DNA of 40,374 nucleotides from contig CAZMTB010000135.1 of assembly GCA_964569095.1 (NCBI GenBank), forward strand, positions 1-40,374, in the 5' to 3' direction. The translations under genes and the position numbers were made by a program. Positions 1 through 7,323 of the stretch are shown here, in pieces (the first letter of the stretch is position 1; each line of letters opens with the position of its first letter). Under the pieces are notes generated by a model that saw only the letters and a program-made list of their open reading frames with translations, did no database searches and was not told the origin of the DNA. This DNA is from an uncultured Aquificales bacterium. Its GTDB lineage: Bacteria > Thermosulfidibacterota > Thermosulfidibacteria > Thermosulfidibacterales > JALWSI01.

Positions 1-537
1 GTGAAGCTGCTCTACGATCCAGCTAACGCTCCAACCTACACCCACGGGTACAAGAGCGGTACCAAGTACGTGAGCGTGAACCGCCGAGTTGACACCGACT
101 ACAACTTCAACCTTCCCGCCGTTGCCCCCTGCAACACCGACTACTGGAACGTGAAGTTCAGGTGGCAGAGCTGGGACATCGCCGAGAACCTGCCCCCTGG
201 TCAGGTGTCGCCTGGCACCCTGGTGAGTTTCAATCAAGAGGCGGAGTTGCTGGAGGTTGGTCCCGGGGCCGACAAGCTGAACACGGGAAGCTTCGTGAAC
301 GGCTGGTTCAAGCTGGGCGGTTTCGTGCTCGACATAGACAGTGCCAGGGCAGACGGTGTTGGGGCGGTTAATGCTAACCTCGTTAGCATAGGGACTCTCT
401 ACGACAACGGTCTCAACTCTACCTACCGCTACATACCCGCCATTGGCTACGTCTATGTTGACGTGGTTGGCTACGGCCAGTGGAAGTGGGACCTCACCAT
501 TCTCGACAGCCCTCAGGGTCCCTCGGCGCAGCCGTAA
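1..537 (+). CDS. 3' portion of a secreted/cell-envelope protein of unknown family (5' end lies outside the window); paralog of 616..2457
   Basis: Open frame from base 1 to TAA at 535..537. The C-terminal ~175 aa align with the C-terminus of the next gene (DYNFNLPAVAPC, YWNVKF-W, VGPGAD-LN-G-F, PAIG, DLTI, Gly/Pro-rich end). A 23-nt identical run links 97..119 and 1900..1922. Confidence 0.75.
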   Translation: MKLLYDPANAPTYTHGYKSGTKYVSVNRRVDTDYNFNLPAVAPCNTDYWNVKFRWQSWDIAENLPPGQVSPGTLVSFNQEAELLEVGPGADKLNTGSFVNGWFKLGGFVLDIDSARADGVGAVNANLVSIGTLYDNGLNSTYRYIPAIGYVYVDVVGYGQWKWDLTILDSPQGPSAQP

Positions 538-554
538 CCTGGAGCTTTGGATGT

Positions 555-575
555 GCGGGGGCCCCGTGCCCCCGC
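555..575 (+). promoter_or_regulatory. GC-rich intercistronic stem-loop between the two tandem paralogs (8-bp perfect stem GCGGGGGC / GCCCCCGC, 5-nt loop), without a U-tract
   Basis: Read directly: gcgggggc cccgt gcccccgc, followed by ttggga. It lies 18 nt after the stop of gene 1 and about 40 nt before the RBS of gene 2. It could be a weak attenuator or an mRNA 3'-end stabiliser. Confidence 0.4.
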
Positions 576-615
576 TTGGGATAGAAGAAAAAACCTTTGC
601 GAAGGAGGAAAGAGT

Positions 616-2457
616 ATGAGTAGATGGTTTAAGAGGTTGGCCGTGCCGGCCTTGGCATTGCTGATGATCGGAGTGTTCATCGGCTCTGCCCAGGCGGTGA
701 GGTCCATTGAGCCCACGGGAGAGACCCCGGGAGACGTGGTGATCTATCCCTACTACGATGTTAGCGTGGCCACCAACTTCAACTACTTCTACCTGGTGAA
801 CACGGTTAACTACTACGTGCAGGCCCATGTGAGGTTCAGAACCGCTGAGTGCTCCATCGAGGTGCTGGACTTCGACGTGATTCTCACCCCCTACGACGTC
901 TTCACCTTCTGGGTTCTGCCGGAGGTGACCGACGCCGACGGGATCACGGGTCCTGGTTTCTTTAGTGCTGATTCCCACACCTTGGCGGTCAGCGGGCTGA
1001 TTCCCACCAAGTACTACGACAGCAACGGTTACGTCACCATAGCCTTCAACACTCGCAGGCTTCTTGACCTTCACATTGCCGCAGACGACGCTGCCAACAT
1101 GCTGCCCAAGGGCTACGTTGAGGTTATTGTTGAGGGACTGATAGAGCCTGCTTTTTGGGCAAACTGCGGTCCCTTCAAGAGCCTGCTTGTAGCGGCAAAC
1201 ACCGATTACAAGGACAGCTGCACCTGGGATGCGAACAATCCCAATGGTAAATTCTCTACGGTGGATGCTATCTTTGGAAATCACAAGGTTGACCACGTTG
1301 GTAAGACTACCCAGGGACAGGATGCCTTGGTGGACAACGGTGAGCTGCTTTACGGCACCGAGTACTTCATAGACTTTGCCGGCTTGAGCGGATGGGGTGT
1401 CAACGCGGCAACCATCACCCAGTTTAGGACCTCGGATAATGACAGCGATTACGATCGTCACATCGACGACGGCTACACCGCTCCCGGCACGAAAGTGAAG
1501 AGCGGGTACAACGGGCTTATCCTTCACCCCGACTACGTGGGTAGCGACATGAAGAATGCCAACCCCTTCTTCCGTCCCGACTGGGCAACCACCTTTGGCC
1601 CCACCATGGCCTTTGGCGACGACATGGACGCCGAGGCTGCGGGGACTCCCTTGGTGTTCGGTAGCATCGACGACATCGAGGAGTTGTGGAACAACAACGT
1701 GATGACCACCTTCACCCGCTACACCGCGCCGTACTTCAGCACCAACGACTCCAATACCCTCATCACCTATCTCATGCTCAACTTCTTCACCAAGCACTAC
1801 CACTACTTCACCAAGCTGCTATTCGATCCCGCAAGGGCCGACGCCTATTACACCCACGGTACCTCTTACAGCGGTAAGCTGGACAGGCTGGTTGACAAGG
1901 ACTACAACTTCAACCTTCCCGCGGTAGCCCCATGTGGTGGTAGCTACTGGAATGTGAAGTTCAAGTGGACCTGCAGGGACACCGACGAGCACACGGTGCC
2001 GGGCACCGCCTCTCCAGGCAAGCTGCTCTCCATCACCCACGAGGCCATGTTTGAGGCCGTGGGTCCAGGGGCAGATCTGCTAAACAGCGGTGAGTTCACC
2101 GAGGGCTACTACCTGGTGGGTGACTTTGTGCTGGACCACGACAACGCCCGCGAGGAGACCAAGGGTGGTGGAGCAACCTTCTTGCCCATCAACTGCGGCA
2201 ACACCACTACCTGTAACAGCACCGCTTGGGCCGCTCCTCTGAATGCCACTAACGGAACGGAGATCTATGATGTGGTAGGCAATGCGGCTGACACCAACAA
2301 CTTCGTACCCGCCATTGGCTTTGACCTCGTGAGGGTACCCGGGCTTGGTGATTACGAGTACGACCTCACCATCTACAAGTCTCCGTGGGCGATGATCCAG
2401 TTTGATCCTACCTCGAACCCCAACAACGGGCCCGTTGGTGGTCCTGCGGCACCGTAA
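616..2457 (+). CDS. Secreted protein of unknown family with a Sec signal peptide; about 613 aa, rich in aromatic residues, Asn, Thr and Gly
   Basis: ATG at 616 is preceded by GAAGGAGGAAAGAGT (GGAGG RBS). The N-terminus MSRWFKRLAVPALALLMIGVFIGSAQA|VRS is a classic signal peptide with an AxA cleavage site. I prefer this start to the track start at 547. The gene ends at TAA 2455..2457 and is followed by a strong terminator. Confidence 0.8.
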   Translation: MSRWFKRLAVPALALLMIGVFIGSAQAVRSIEPTGETPGDVVIYPYYDVSVATNFNYFYLVNTVNYYVQAHVRFRTAECSIEVLDFDVILTPYDVFTFWVLPEVTDADGITGPGFFSADSHTLAVSGLIPTKYYDSNGYVTIAFNTRRLLDLHIAADDAANMLPKGYVEVIVEGLIEPAFWANCGPFKSLLVAANTDYKDSCTWDANNPNGKFSTVDAIFGNHKVDHVGKTTQGQDALVDNGELLYGTEYFIDFAGLSGWGVNAATITQFRTSDNDSDYDRHIDDGYTAPGTKVKSGYNGLILHPDYVGSDMKNANPFFRPDWATTFGPTMAFGDDMDAEAAGTPLVFGSIDDIEELWNNNVMTTFTRYTAPYFSTNDSNTLITYLMLNFFTKHYHYFTKLLFDPARADAYYTHGTSYSGKLDRLVDKDYNFNLPAVAPCGGSYWNVKFKWTCRDTDEHTVPGTASPGKLLSITHEAMFEAVGPGADLLNSGEFTEGYYLVGDFVLDHDNAREETKGGGATFLPINCGNTTTCNSTAWAAPLNATNGTEIYDVVGNAADTNNFVPAIGFDLVRVPGLGDYEYDLTIYKSPWAMIQFDPTSNPNNGPVGGPAAP

Positions 2458-2473
2458 CCTGCTGTTTGAACCG

Positions 2474-2507
2474 AAAAAAGGCGGGGAGTCTCTCCCCGCC
2501 TTTTTTT
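2474..2507. terminator. Bidirectional rho-independent terminator shared by the convergent genes 616..2457 (+) and 2548..3843 (-)
   Basis: AAAAAA-GGCGGGGAG-tct-CTCCCCGCC-TTTTTTT. It has a 9-bp GC stem, a 3-nt loop, an A-run on one side and a T-run on the other. Confidence 0.85.
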
Positions 2508-2547
2508 CTGGGATTCTGGGATTAGATAGATAACAGAGGCTTTGAGT

Positions 2548-3843
2548 TTAGATCTTCCTCTTGTCTACAACCACCTTCTGCTTGCCCCCTTGTGGCTCTA
2601 TGGAGCCCGGTGGTAGGAGGTTAACTTCCATCTCCACCCCTATGGTGTCCTGTATCTTTCCCCCAAGCAGATCTTCCACCCTCTCCATCTCCTCGCGAGA
2701 GGCAAGGTGGGCCTCGACCTCTACCTTGCAGAGGTCTCTGCCCTTCTCCCGGTAGAGTTCGATGCGGTAGTTTGGGCCCACCTCGGGGTGGGAGAGCAGG
2801 ATCTCTTCCACTTGGTTGGGGAAGATGTTCACGCCGTGGAGAATGAACATGTCGTCAACGCGGCCCTTCACCCTTGCCATCCTCACCAGGGTTCTGCCGC
2901 AGGGGCAGGGCTCGTAGTTGAGGGCGGTGATGTCGCCGGTGCGGTAGCGAAGCAGGGGAATCGCCTCTTTGGTGAGGGTGGTTAGCACCAGCTCTCCCTC
3001 TTCTCCCTCGGGTAGCACCTCTCCCGTTTCGGGGTTCACCACCTCTGGGTAGAAGTGGTCTTCGTTTATGTGAAGCCCGCAGCAGCATGAGCACTCAAAA
3101 GAGACTCCAGGTCCTCCCATCTCTGCCAGGCCGTAGTTGTCCGTTGCCTTTATCAATAGCTTCTCCTCGATTTGCTGGCGGGTGGATTCTGACCAGGGTT
3201 CTGCCCCGAATAGTCCTATGCGCAGTGAGAGGGTGTGCGGGTCTATATCTGCCTCTTCCAGGTGGTGGGCTATTCGCAGGGCGTGGGACGGCAGGCTCAC
3301 CAGGGCCGTGGCCCTGAAGTTCTGCATGGTGCTTATCTGCCTGGTGAGGCTCATGGCCGACGCCGGAATTATGGTGGCGCCTATCTGCTCTGCCCCGTGG
3401 TGAAAGCCGAATCCCCCAGTGAAGAGGCCGTAGTTGAAGGAGATCTGCACCACGTCCTGCTCTCCCACCCCTGCAGCAACCATCAACCTCGCCATAAGGT
3501 CTCCCCAGTTCTTCAGGTCCCTCTTCGTGTAGCCGACCACTATGGGCCTTCCAGTGGTGCCACTGGAGGTGTGGATGCGGGCAATGGCCCTCATGGGCAC
3601 CGCAAAGAAGCTGTAGGGGAATCCTTGAAGCAGCATCTCTTTCGTGGTGAAGGGGAACAGGCTGAGGTCTTCCAGTTCGTTGAGATCCCCTGGGCCCACG
3701 TTGTGTTCCACCAAGCGCTCCTTGTAGAATGGGACCCTTCTGAAGAGGTACTGCAGCGATGCCTGCAGGCGTTCCAGCTGCAGCTGCCTCATCTCTTCCC
3801 TCTCCATGGTCTCGTACCGGGGACTCCACATGCTCTCGCCCAT
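2548..3843 (-). CDS. Phenylacetate-CoA ligase family adenylate-forming enzyme (PaaK / coenzyme F390 synthetase-like)
   Basis: Motifs seen: SSGTTGRP, YGLAEMGGPG and YRTGDI. The N-terminus MWSPRYETMEREEMRQLQLERLQ is typical of PaaK. Start chosen at ATG 3843, preceded by GAAGGAGGG; ATG 3831 is an alternative. Confidence 0.8.
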   Translation of the reverse strand: MGESMWSPRYETMEREEMRQLQLERLQASLQYLFRRVPFYKERLVEHNVGPGDLNELEDLSLFPFTTKEMLLQGFPYSFFAVPMRAIARIHTSSGTTGRPIVVGYTKRDLKNWGDLMARLMVAAGVGEQDVVQISFNYGLFTGGFGFHHGAEQIGATIIPASAMSLTRQISTMQNFRATALVSLPSHALRIAHHLEEADIDPHTLSLRIGLFGAEPWSESTRQQIEEKLLIKATDNYGLAEMGGPGVSFECSCCCGLHINEDHFYPEVVNPETGEVLPEGEEGELVLTTLTKEAIPLLRYRTGDITALNYEPCPCGRTLVRMARVKGRVDDMFILHGVNIFPNQVEEILLSHPEVGPNYRIELYREKGRDLCKVEVEAHLASREEMERVEDLLGGKIQDTIGVEMEVNLLPPGSIEPQGGKQKVVVDKRKI

Positions 3844-3862
3844 CTTTCCGCCCTCCTTCAAC

Positions 3863-4612
3863 TCAATCAAAGAATCCTCCCCCTCCTCCAAGGTAGGCCT
3901 CTATAACCGTGTTGTCCTGGAGGAGCTCTTCCCTCTCGCCCTGCATGATCACCACTCCCGACTCCAGGAGATAGGCCCTGTGTGAGAACTGGAGGGCCAG
4001 GGATGCGTTCTGCTCAACCAGTACCATGGTTAGCCTCTTCTCCCTTCTCAGGTCTTCCAGTACCTGGTAGATCTCGTCGACGATTATTGGGGCAAGACCC
4101 AGGCTTGGCTCGTCAAGCAGTAGCAGCCTGGGGCTTCCCATGAGCCCTCTGCCGAGGGCCAGCATCTGTTGCTCTCCTCCGGAGAGGGAGCCTGCCATCT
4201 GCCGCCTTCTTTCGGCCAGGCGAGGGAAGATGTGGTAGACCTCTTGTAGCCTTTCGCTTCTTTCAGAGCGGTTGAGCCTTGCCCCGTAGCTGCCCAGCAG
4301 CAGGTTCTCCTCCACGCTGAGGGAGGAGAATACCTGCCTTCCCTCTGGAACCTGGATCACCCCCATCTTCACCAGGGTGGTTGGAGAGATTCCCCTTGCC
4401 TCTCTACCAAACACCTCTATCTCCCCCTTCCAGGTGGCGAGTCCAGAGATTGCCATGAGGGCCGAGCTCTTGCCGGCCCCGTTGGGGCCAATGAGGGCGA
4501 TGGTCTCTCCCTGGTGAACGTGGAAGCTCATGCCTTTCACTCCCCTGATCTTGCCGTGGAAGACCTCGAGGTTCTTCACCTTGAGCACCACCTCACCCTG
4601 ATGCTTAGCCAC
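3863..4612 (-). CDS. livF: Branched-chain amino acid (HAAT family) ABC transporter, ATP-binding protein LivF-type
   Basis: Walker A GPNGAGKSS, signature LSGGEQQML and Walker B LLLLDEPS. It overlaps the upstream ATPase gene by 8 nt. Confidence 0.85.
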   Translation of the reverse strand: MAKHQGEVVLKVKNLEVFHGKIRGVKGMSFHVHQGETIALIGPNGAGKSSALMAISGLATWKGEIEVFGREARGISPTTLVKMGVIQVPEGRQVFSSLSVEENLLLGSYGARLNRSERSERLQEVYHIFPRLAERRRQMAGSLSGGEQQMLALGRGLMGSPRLLLLDEPSLGLAPIIVDEIYQVLEDLRREKRLTMVLVEQNASLALQFSHRAYLLESGVVIMQGEREELLQDNTVIEAYLGGGGGFFD

Positions 4613-5381
4613 GATTCTCCCCCTTCTTTCCCAGGTAGGCCTCGATTACCGCTGTATTATGGCGAATCTCTTCGGGGTTTCCTTCTGCTATCTTCTCCCC
4701 GAAGTTGAGAACGGCGATCTTCTGGGCCAACTGCATCACCAATGCCATGTCGTGCTCCACCAGAAGTATGGTCAGGTTGCCGTCTTGAAGGGAAGAGATG
4801 AACCGGGTTAGCTCAAGGGTCTCCTTGGTGGAGAGGCCCGCCGCGGGCTCGTCCAGAAGCAGCAGGTGGGGCTCTGACGCCAGGGCCCTTATTATCTCTA
4901 CCTGTCGCTGTATTCCGAAGGGGATGTCCTCTATTTTATGGTCTGCCCACTCTTTAAGACCGATCTTCTCCAGCAGAGAGGTGGCCTTATTCCTCATCTT
5001 TCCCATCTCTCTCTGGCTCCTTCTAACCAGGAATCCCCCTGACAACAGCGAGGAGGGATGGTGCCTGAATGCCCCCATCATCACGTTCTCCAGCACCGTC
5101 ATGGATGGAAACACCTGGAGATTCTGGAAGGTTCTTGCCATTCCCATGCGGGCGATCTTGTGGGCGGGTTCCCTTGCAATCTCCCTGTCGTTGAAGAGGA
5201 TGCTCCCCTCTTCCGGGAGAAGCACCCCCGAGATCACGTTGAAGAGGGTGGTCTTTCCAGAACCGTTGGGACCTATCACCGCTGTGATGCTTCCCTTCTC
5301 CACCTCCAGGTCTACCCCGTTTACGGCCACCAGCCCGCCGAACCTCTTGGTGAGCTTGGAGATCCTCAGGATGGCAGGCAT
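4605..5381 (-). CDS. livG: Branched-chain amino acid (HAAT family) ABC transporter, ATP-binding protein LivG-type
   Basis: The protein starts MPAILRISKLTKRFGGLVAVNGV. It has Walker A GPNGSGKTT and Walker B LLLLDEPAAGL. Start ATG at 5379..5381 overlaps the livM end. The longer track ORF (to 6341) is an alternate-frame run-on through livM. Confidence 0.85.
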   Translation of the reverse strand: MPAILRISKLTKRFGGLVAVNGVDLEVEKGSITAVIGPNGSGKTTLFNVISGVLLPEEGSILFNDREIAREPAHKIARMGMARTFQNLQVFPSMTVLENVMMGAFRHHPSSLLSGGFLVRRSQREMGKMRNKATSLLEKIGLKEWADHKIEDIPFGIQRQVEIIRALASEPHLLLLDEPAAGLSTKETLELTRFISSLQDGNLTILLVEHDMALVMQLAQKIAVLNFGEKIAEGNPEEIRHNTAVIEAYLGKKGENRG

Positions 5382-6316
5382 CGTTTCACTCCTTTGAAGA
5401 GGTACTCGAAGAGTCCCGCGAGACCCTTTGGGAAGAATATGAGCACTCCCAGCAGTATGACCCCGTAGATCACCACCTCGTAGTCCTCGAACACGTGAAG
5501 CACCTCTGGCAACAGGGAGAGAAATGTTCCACCCAACACGGCTCCCCACAGGGAGGTGAGCCCACCGAGAACTATCATCACCACCAGCTTCACCGAGTAG
5601 ATGAACCCAAAGGTCTCTGGGCTGATGAAGGTGATGTAGTGGGCGTAAAGGGCGCCTGCCAGGGCGGCAAGCACCGCGCTCATCACGAAGATTCGAACCT
5701 TGAGGGAGGCTACGTCCACCCCCAGCGTAGAGGCTGCCACCTCGCTTTCGTGCAGGGCCCGCAGTGCCATGCCACCTGGGGAGTGTATGATGTTTACGCA
5801 GAGGGCCAGGGTGAGGAGCACGGTGGTCCATACCACCAAGGCGTAGGCCTTGGGGGTGGTTGGCTCCCAAAATCCGAAGGAGAGCGGTTCTATGCCCGCC
5901 AGACCCGATGCCCCTCCTGTTATGGGCTTGAGCTGCAGGAAGAGGATGTAGAGGATTATGCCGAAGCCGAGGGTTCCCATTGCCAGGTAGTGTCCCTTCA
6001 GCCTTAGTGTTGGAACGCCTATTGCGTAGGCCAGGGCTGCGGTTATGCAGAGGGAGAGAATGAGAGAGGGGATCACTGGCAGGTGTATGTGGGCGGAGAG
6101 GGCTCCAGAGACGTAGGCACCCAGGCCGTAGAACCCGGCGTGTCCCAGGGATATTTGCCCCGCAAGCCCTGTGAGCATGGATAGCCCTATGGCGGCCAGA
6201 ACGTTCAGTCCTGTGAAGAGCAGAACCTCGCAGTAGTAGTCCTGGTTTATTGCCGTTAGGGTTCCCATCACAACCACGGCTATTAGGGCGAGAATGGCGT
6301 AGTCTCTTCGCATCAC
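5366..6316 (-). CDS. livM: Branched-chain amino acid ABC transporter permease LivM-type
   Basis: Polytopic membrane protein with typical LivM N-terminal and central segments (GQISLGHAGFYGLGAY). It has a 4-nt overlap with livH. Confidence 0.85.
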   Translation of the reverse strand: MMRRDYAILALIAVVVMGTLTAINQDYYCEVLLFTGLNVLAAIGLSMLTGLAGQISLGHAGFYGLGAYVSGALSAHIHLPVIPSLILSLCITAALAYAIGVPTLRLKGHYLAMGTLGFGIILYILFLQLKPITGGASGLAGIEPLSFGFWEPTTPKAYALVVWTTVLLTLALCVNIIHSPGGMALRALHESEVAASTLGVDVASLKVRIFVMSAVLAALAGALYAHYITFISPETFGFIYSVKLVVMIVLGGLTSLWGAVLGGTFLSLLPEVLHVFEDYEVVIYGVILLGVLIFFPKGLAGLFEYLFKGVKRCLPS

Positions 6317-7188
6317 ACCCTCTCCCCTTCGCCTTTGCCAAGTATACCCTCTGGTTTCCAGATGAGGATCACGATTAGCAGCAGAAAGGCGATGGCGTCT
6401 TTGTAGGTTGAGGATATGTACCCGGAGCTGAGCCCTTCTAAGAGTCCCAGCAGGATGCCACCCAATACGGCTCCCAGGTTGTTTCCTATGCCGCCTAGGA
6501 TTGCGGCACAGAACCCCTTGAGCCCGAGCATCGTTCCCATGCCGTACTCAACCAAGGTGATGGGCACGATGAATGCCCCCGCCAGGGCGGATATTGCCCC
6601 GCTGAGGAAGAAGGATAGCAGCACCATGAGCTCTACGGGGATGCCAACGAGCCTTGCCGCCACCTGGTTTATTGCGCAGGCCTGAATGGCTTTTCCCACG
6701 AGGGTGAGTTCGAAGAAGGCCCACAGGAGAACCATGATCAGCAGGGTGAGGATGCATACCAGAAGCACCTGCCGGTCCAGGGCCGCGCCCAGGAAGGGAA
6801 GGGGATCTCCACTCACGAAGGGAGAGACCTGGAGGGCGTTCTTTCCCCACACCACCATAGCTATCCCTTTCAGGGCAATGGATAGCCCTATTGTGCCTAT
6901 GATCATGGTTATCACGCCGTGTCTGGCCAATGGGCGTATGGTTGAAAACTCGGCCAGTATGCCCACCATTCCTCCACCAACGAAGACCAGCAGCAGGGAG
7001 GGCACCAGGGGAAGGTGGAACACCTGCTGGAGAGAGTAGAGGAACATGCCGCCCAGCATCACGAACTCTCCCTGTGCGAAGTTGATCACCCCCGTGGAGT
7101 TGTAGATGAGGTTGAACCCCAGTCCCACCAGCGAGTAGATGGCCCCCATGGTGATGCCAGCGAAGAGAAACTGGATCAACTCTCCCAT
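6313..7188 (-). CDS. livH: Branched-chain amino acid ABC transporter permease LivH-type
   Basis: MGELIQFLFAGITMGAIYSLVGLGFNLIYNSTGVINFAQGE is a canonical LivH N-terminus. The protein is polytopic. Confidence 0.85.
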   Translation of the reverse strand: MGELIQFLFAGITMGAIYSLVGLGFNLIYNSTGVINFAQGEFVMLGGMFLYSLQQVFHLPLVPSLLLVFVGGGMVGILAEFSTIRPLARHGVITMIIGTIGLSIALKGIAMVVWGKNALQVSPFVSGDPLPFLGAALDRQVLLVCILTLLIMVLLWAFFELTLVGKAIQACAINQVAARLVGIPVELMVLLSFFLSGAISALAGAFIVPITLVEYGMGTMLGLKGFCAAILGGIGNNLGAVLGGILLGLLEGLSSGYISSTYKDAIAFLLLIVILIWKPEGILGKGEGERV

Positions 7189-7275
7189 CTGGTCCTCCTG
7201 GTGGACATCATCTCTCCTTTCCCTTGTGGATAGGGGGGCTTAATACCCTATTTGAGAGGGATAGGCCAGATTTGC

Positions 7276-7304
7276 AATAAAAAAGGCCCCGGTTCACCGG
7301 GGCC
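7276..7304 (-). terminator. Rho-independent terminator downstream of citrate synthase
   Basis: On the minus strand: GGCCCCGG-tgaa-CCGGGGCC followed by TTTTTTATT. It sits 20 nt after the stop at 7324. Confidence 0.8.
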
Positions 7305-7323
7305 TTTCTGATCGAGCCGTGGA

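Noticed and set aside
2508-2530. Short tandem repeat CTGGGATT CTGGGATT followed by AGATAGATA, just after the bidirectional terminator.
   Set aside because: Only two 8-nt copies lie in a 40-nt spacer. This is too short to call a repeat element or binding site without comparative data.
5382-6341. The 578-aa track ORF extends the LivG ATPase upstream through the livM region.
   Set aside because: The extension is Arg/Pro/Gly-rich nonsense in an alternate frame of the clearly real LivM permease. The ATPase domain begins at MPAILRISKL with its own overlapping start.
7225-7233. A DnaA-box-like 9-mer (TGTGGATAG, reverse complement CTATCCACA) upstream of livH. A second partial ATCCAC lies near 39890.
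   Set aside because: These are single isolated 8/9 matches with no cluster, AT-rich unwinding element or dnaA/dnaN context. There is no evidence for an origin.
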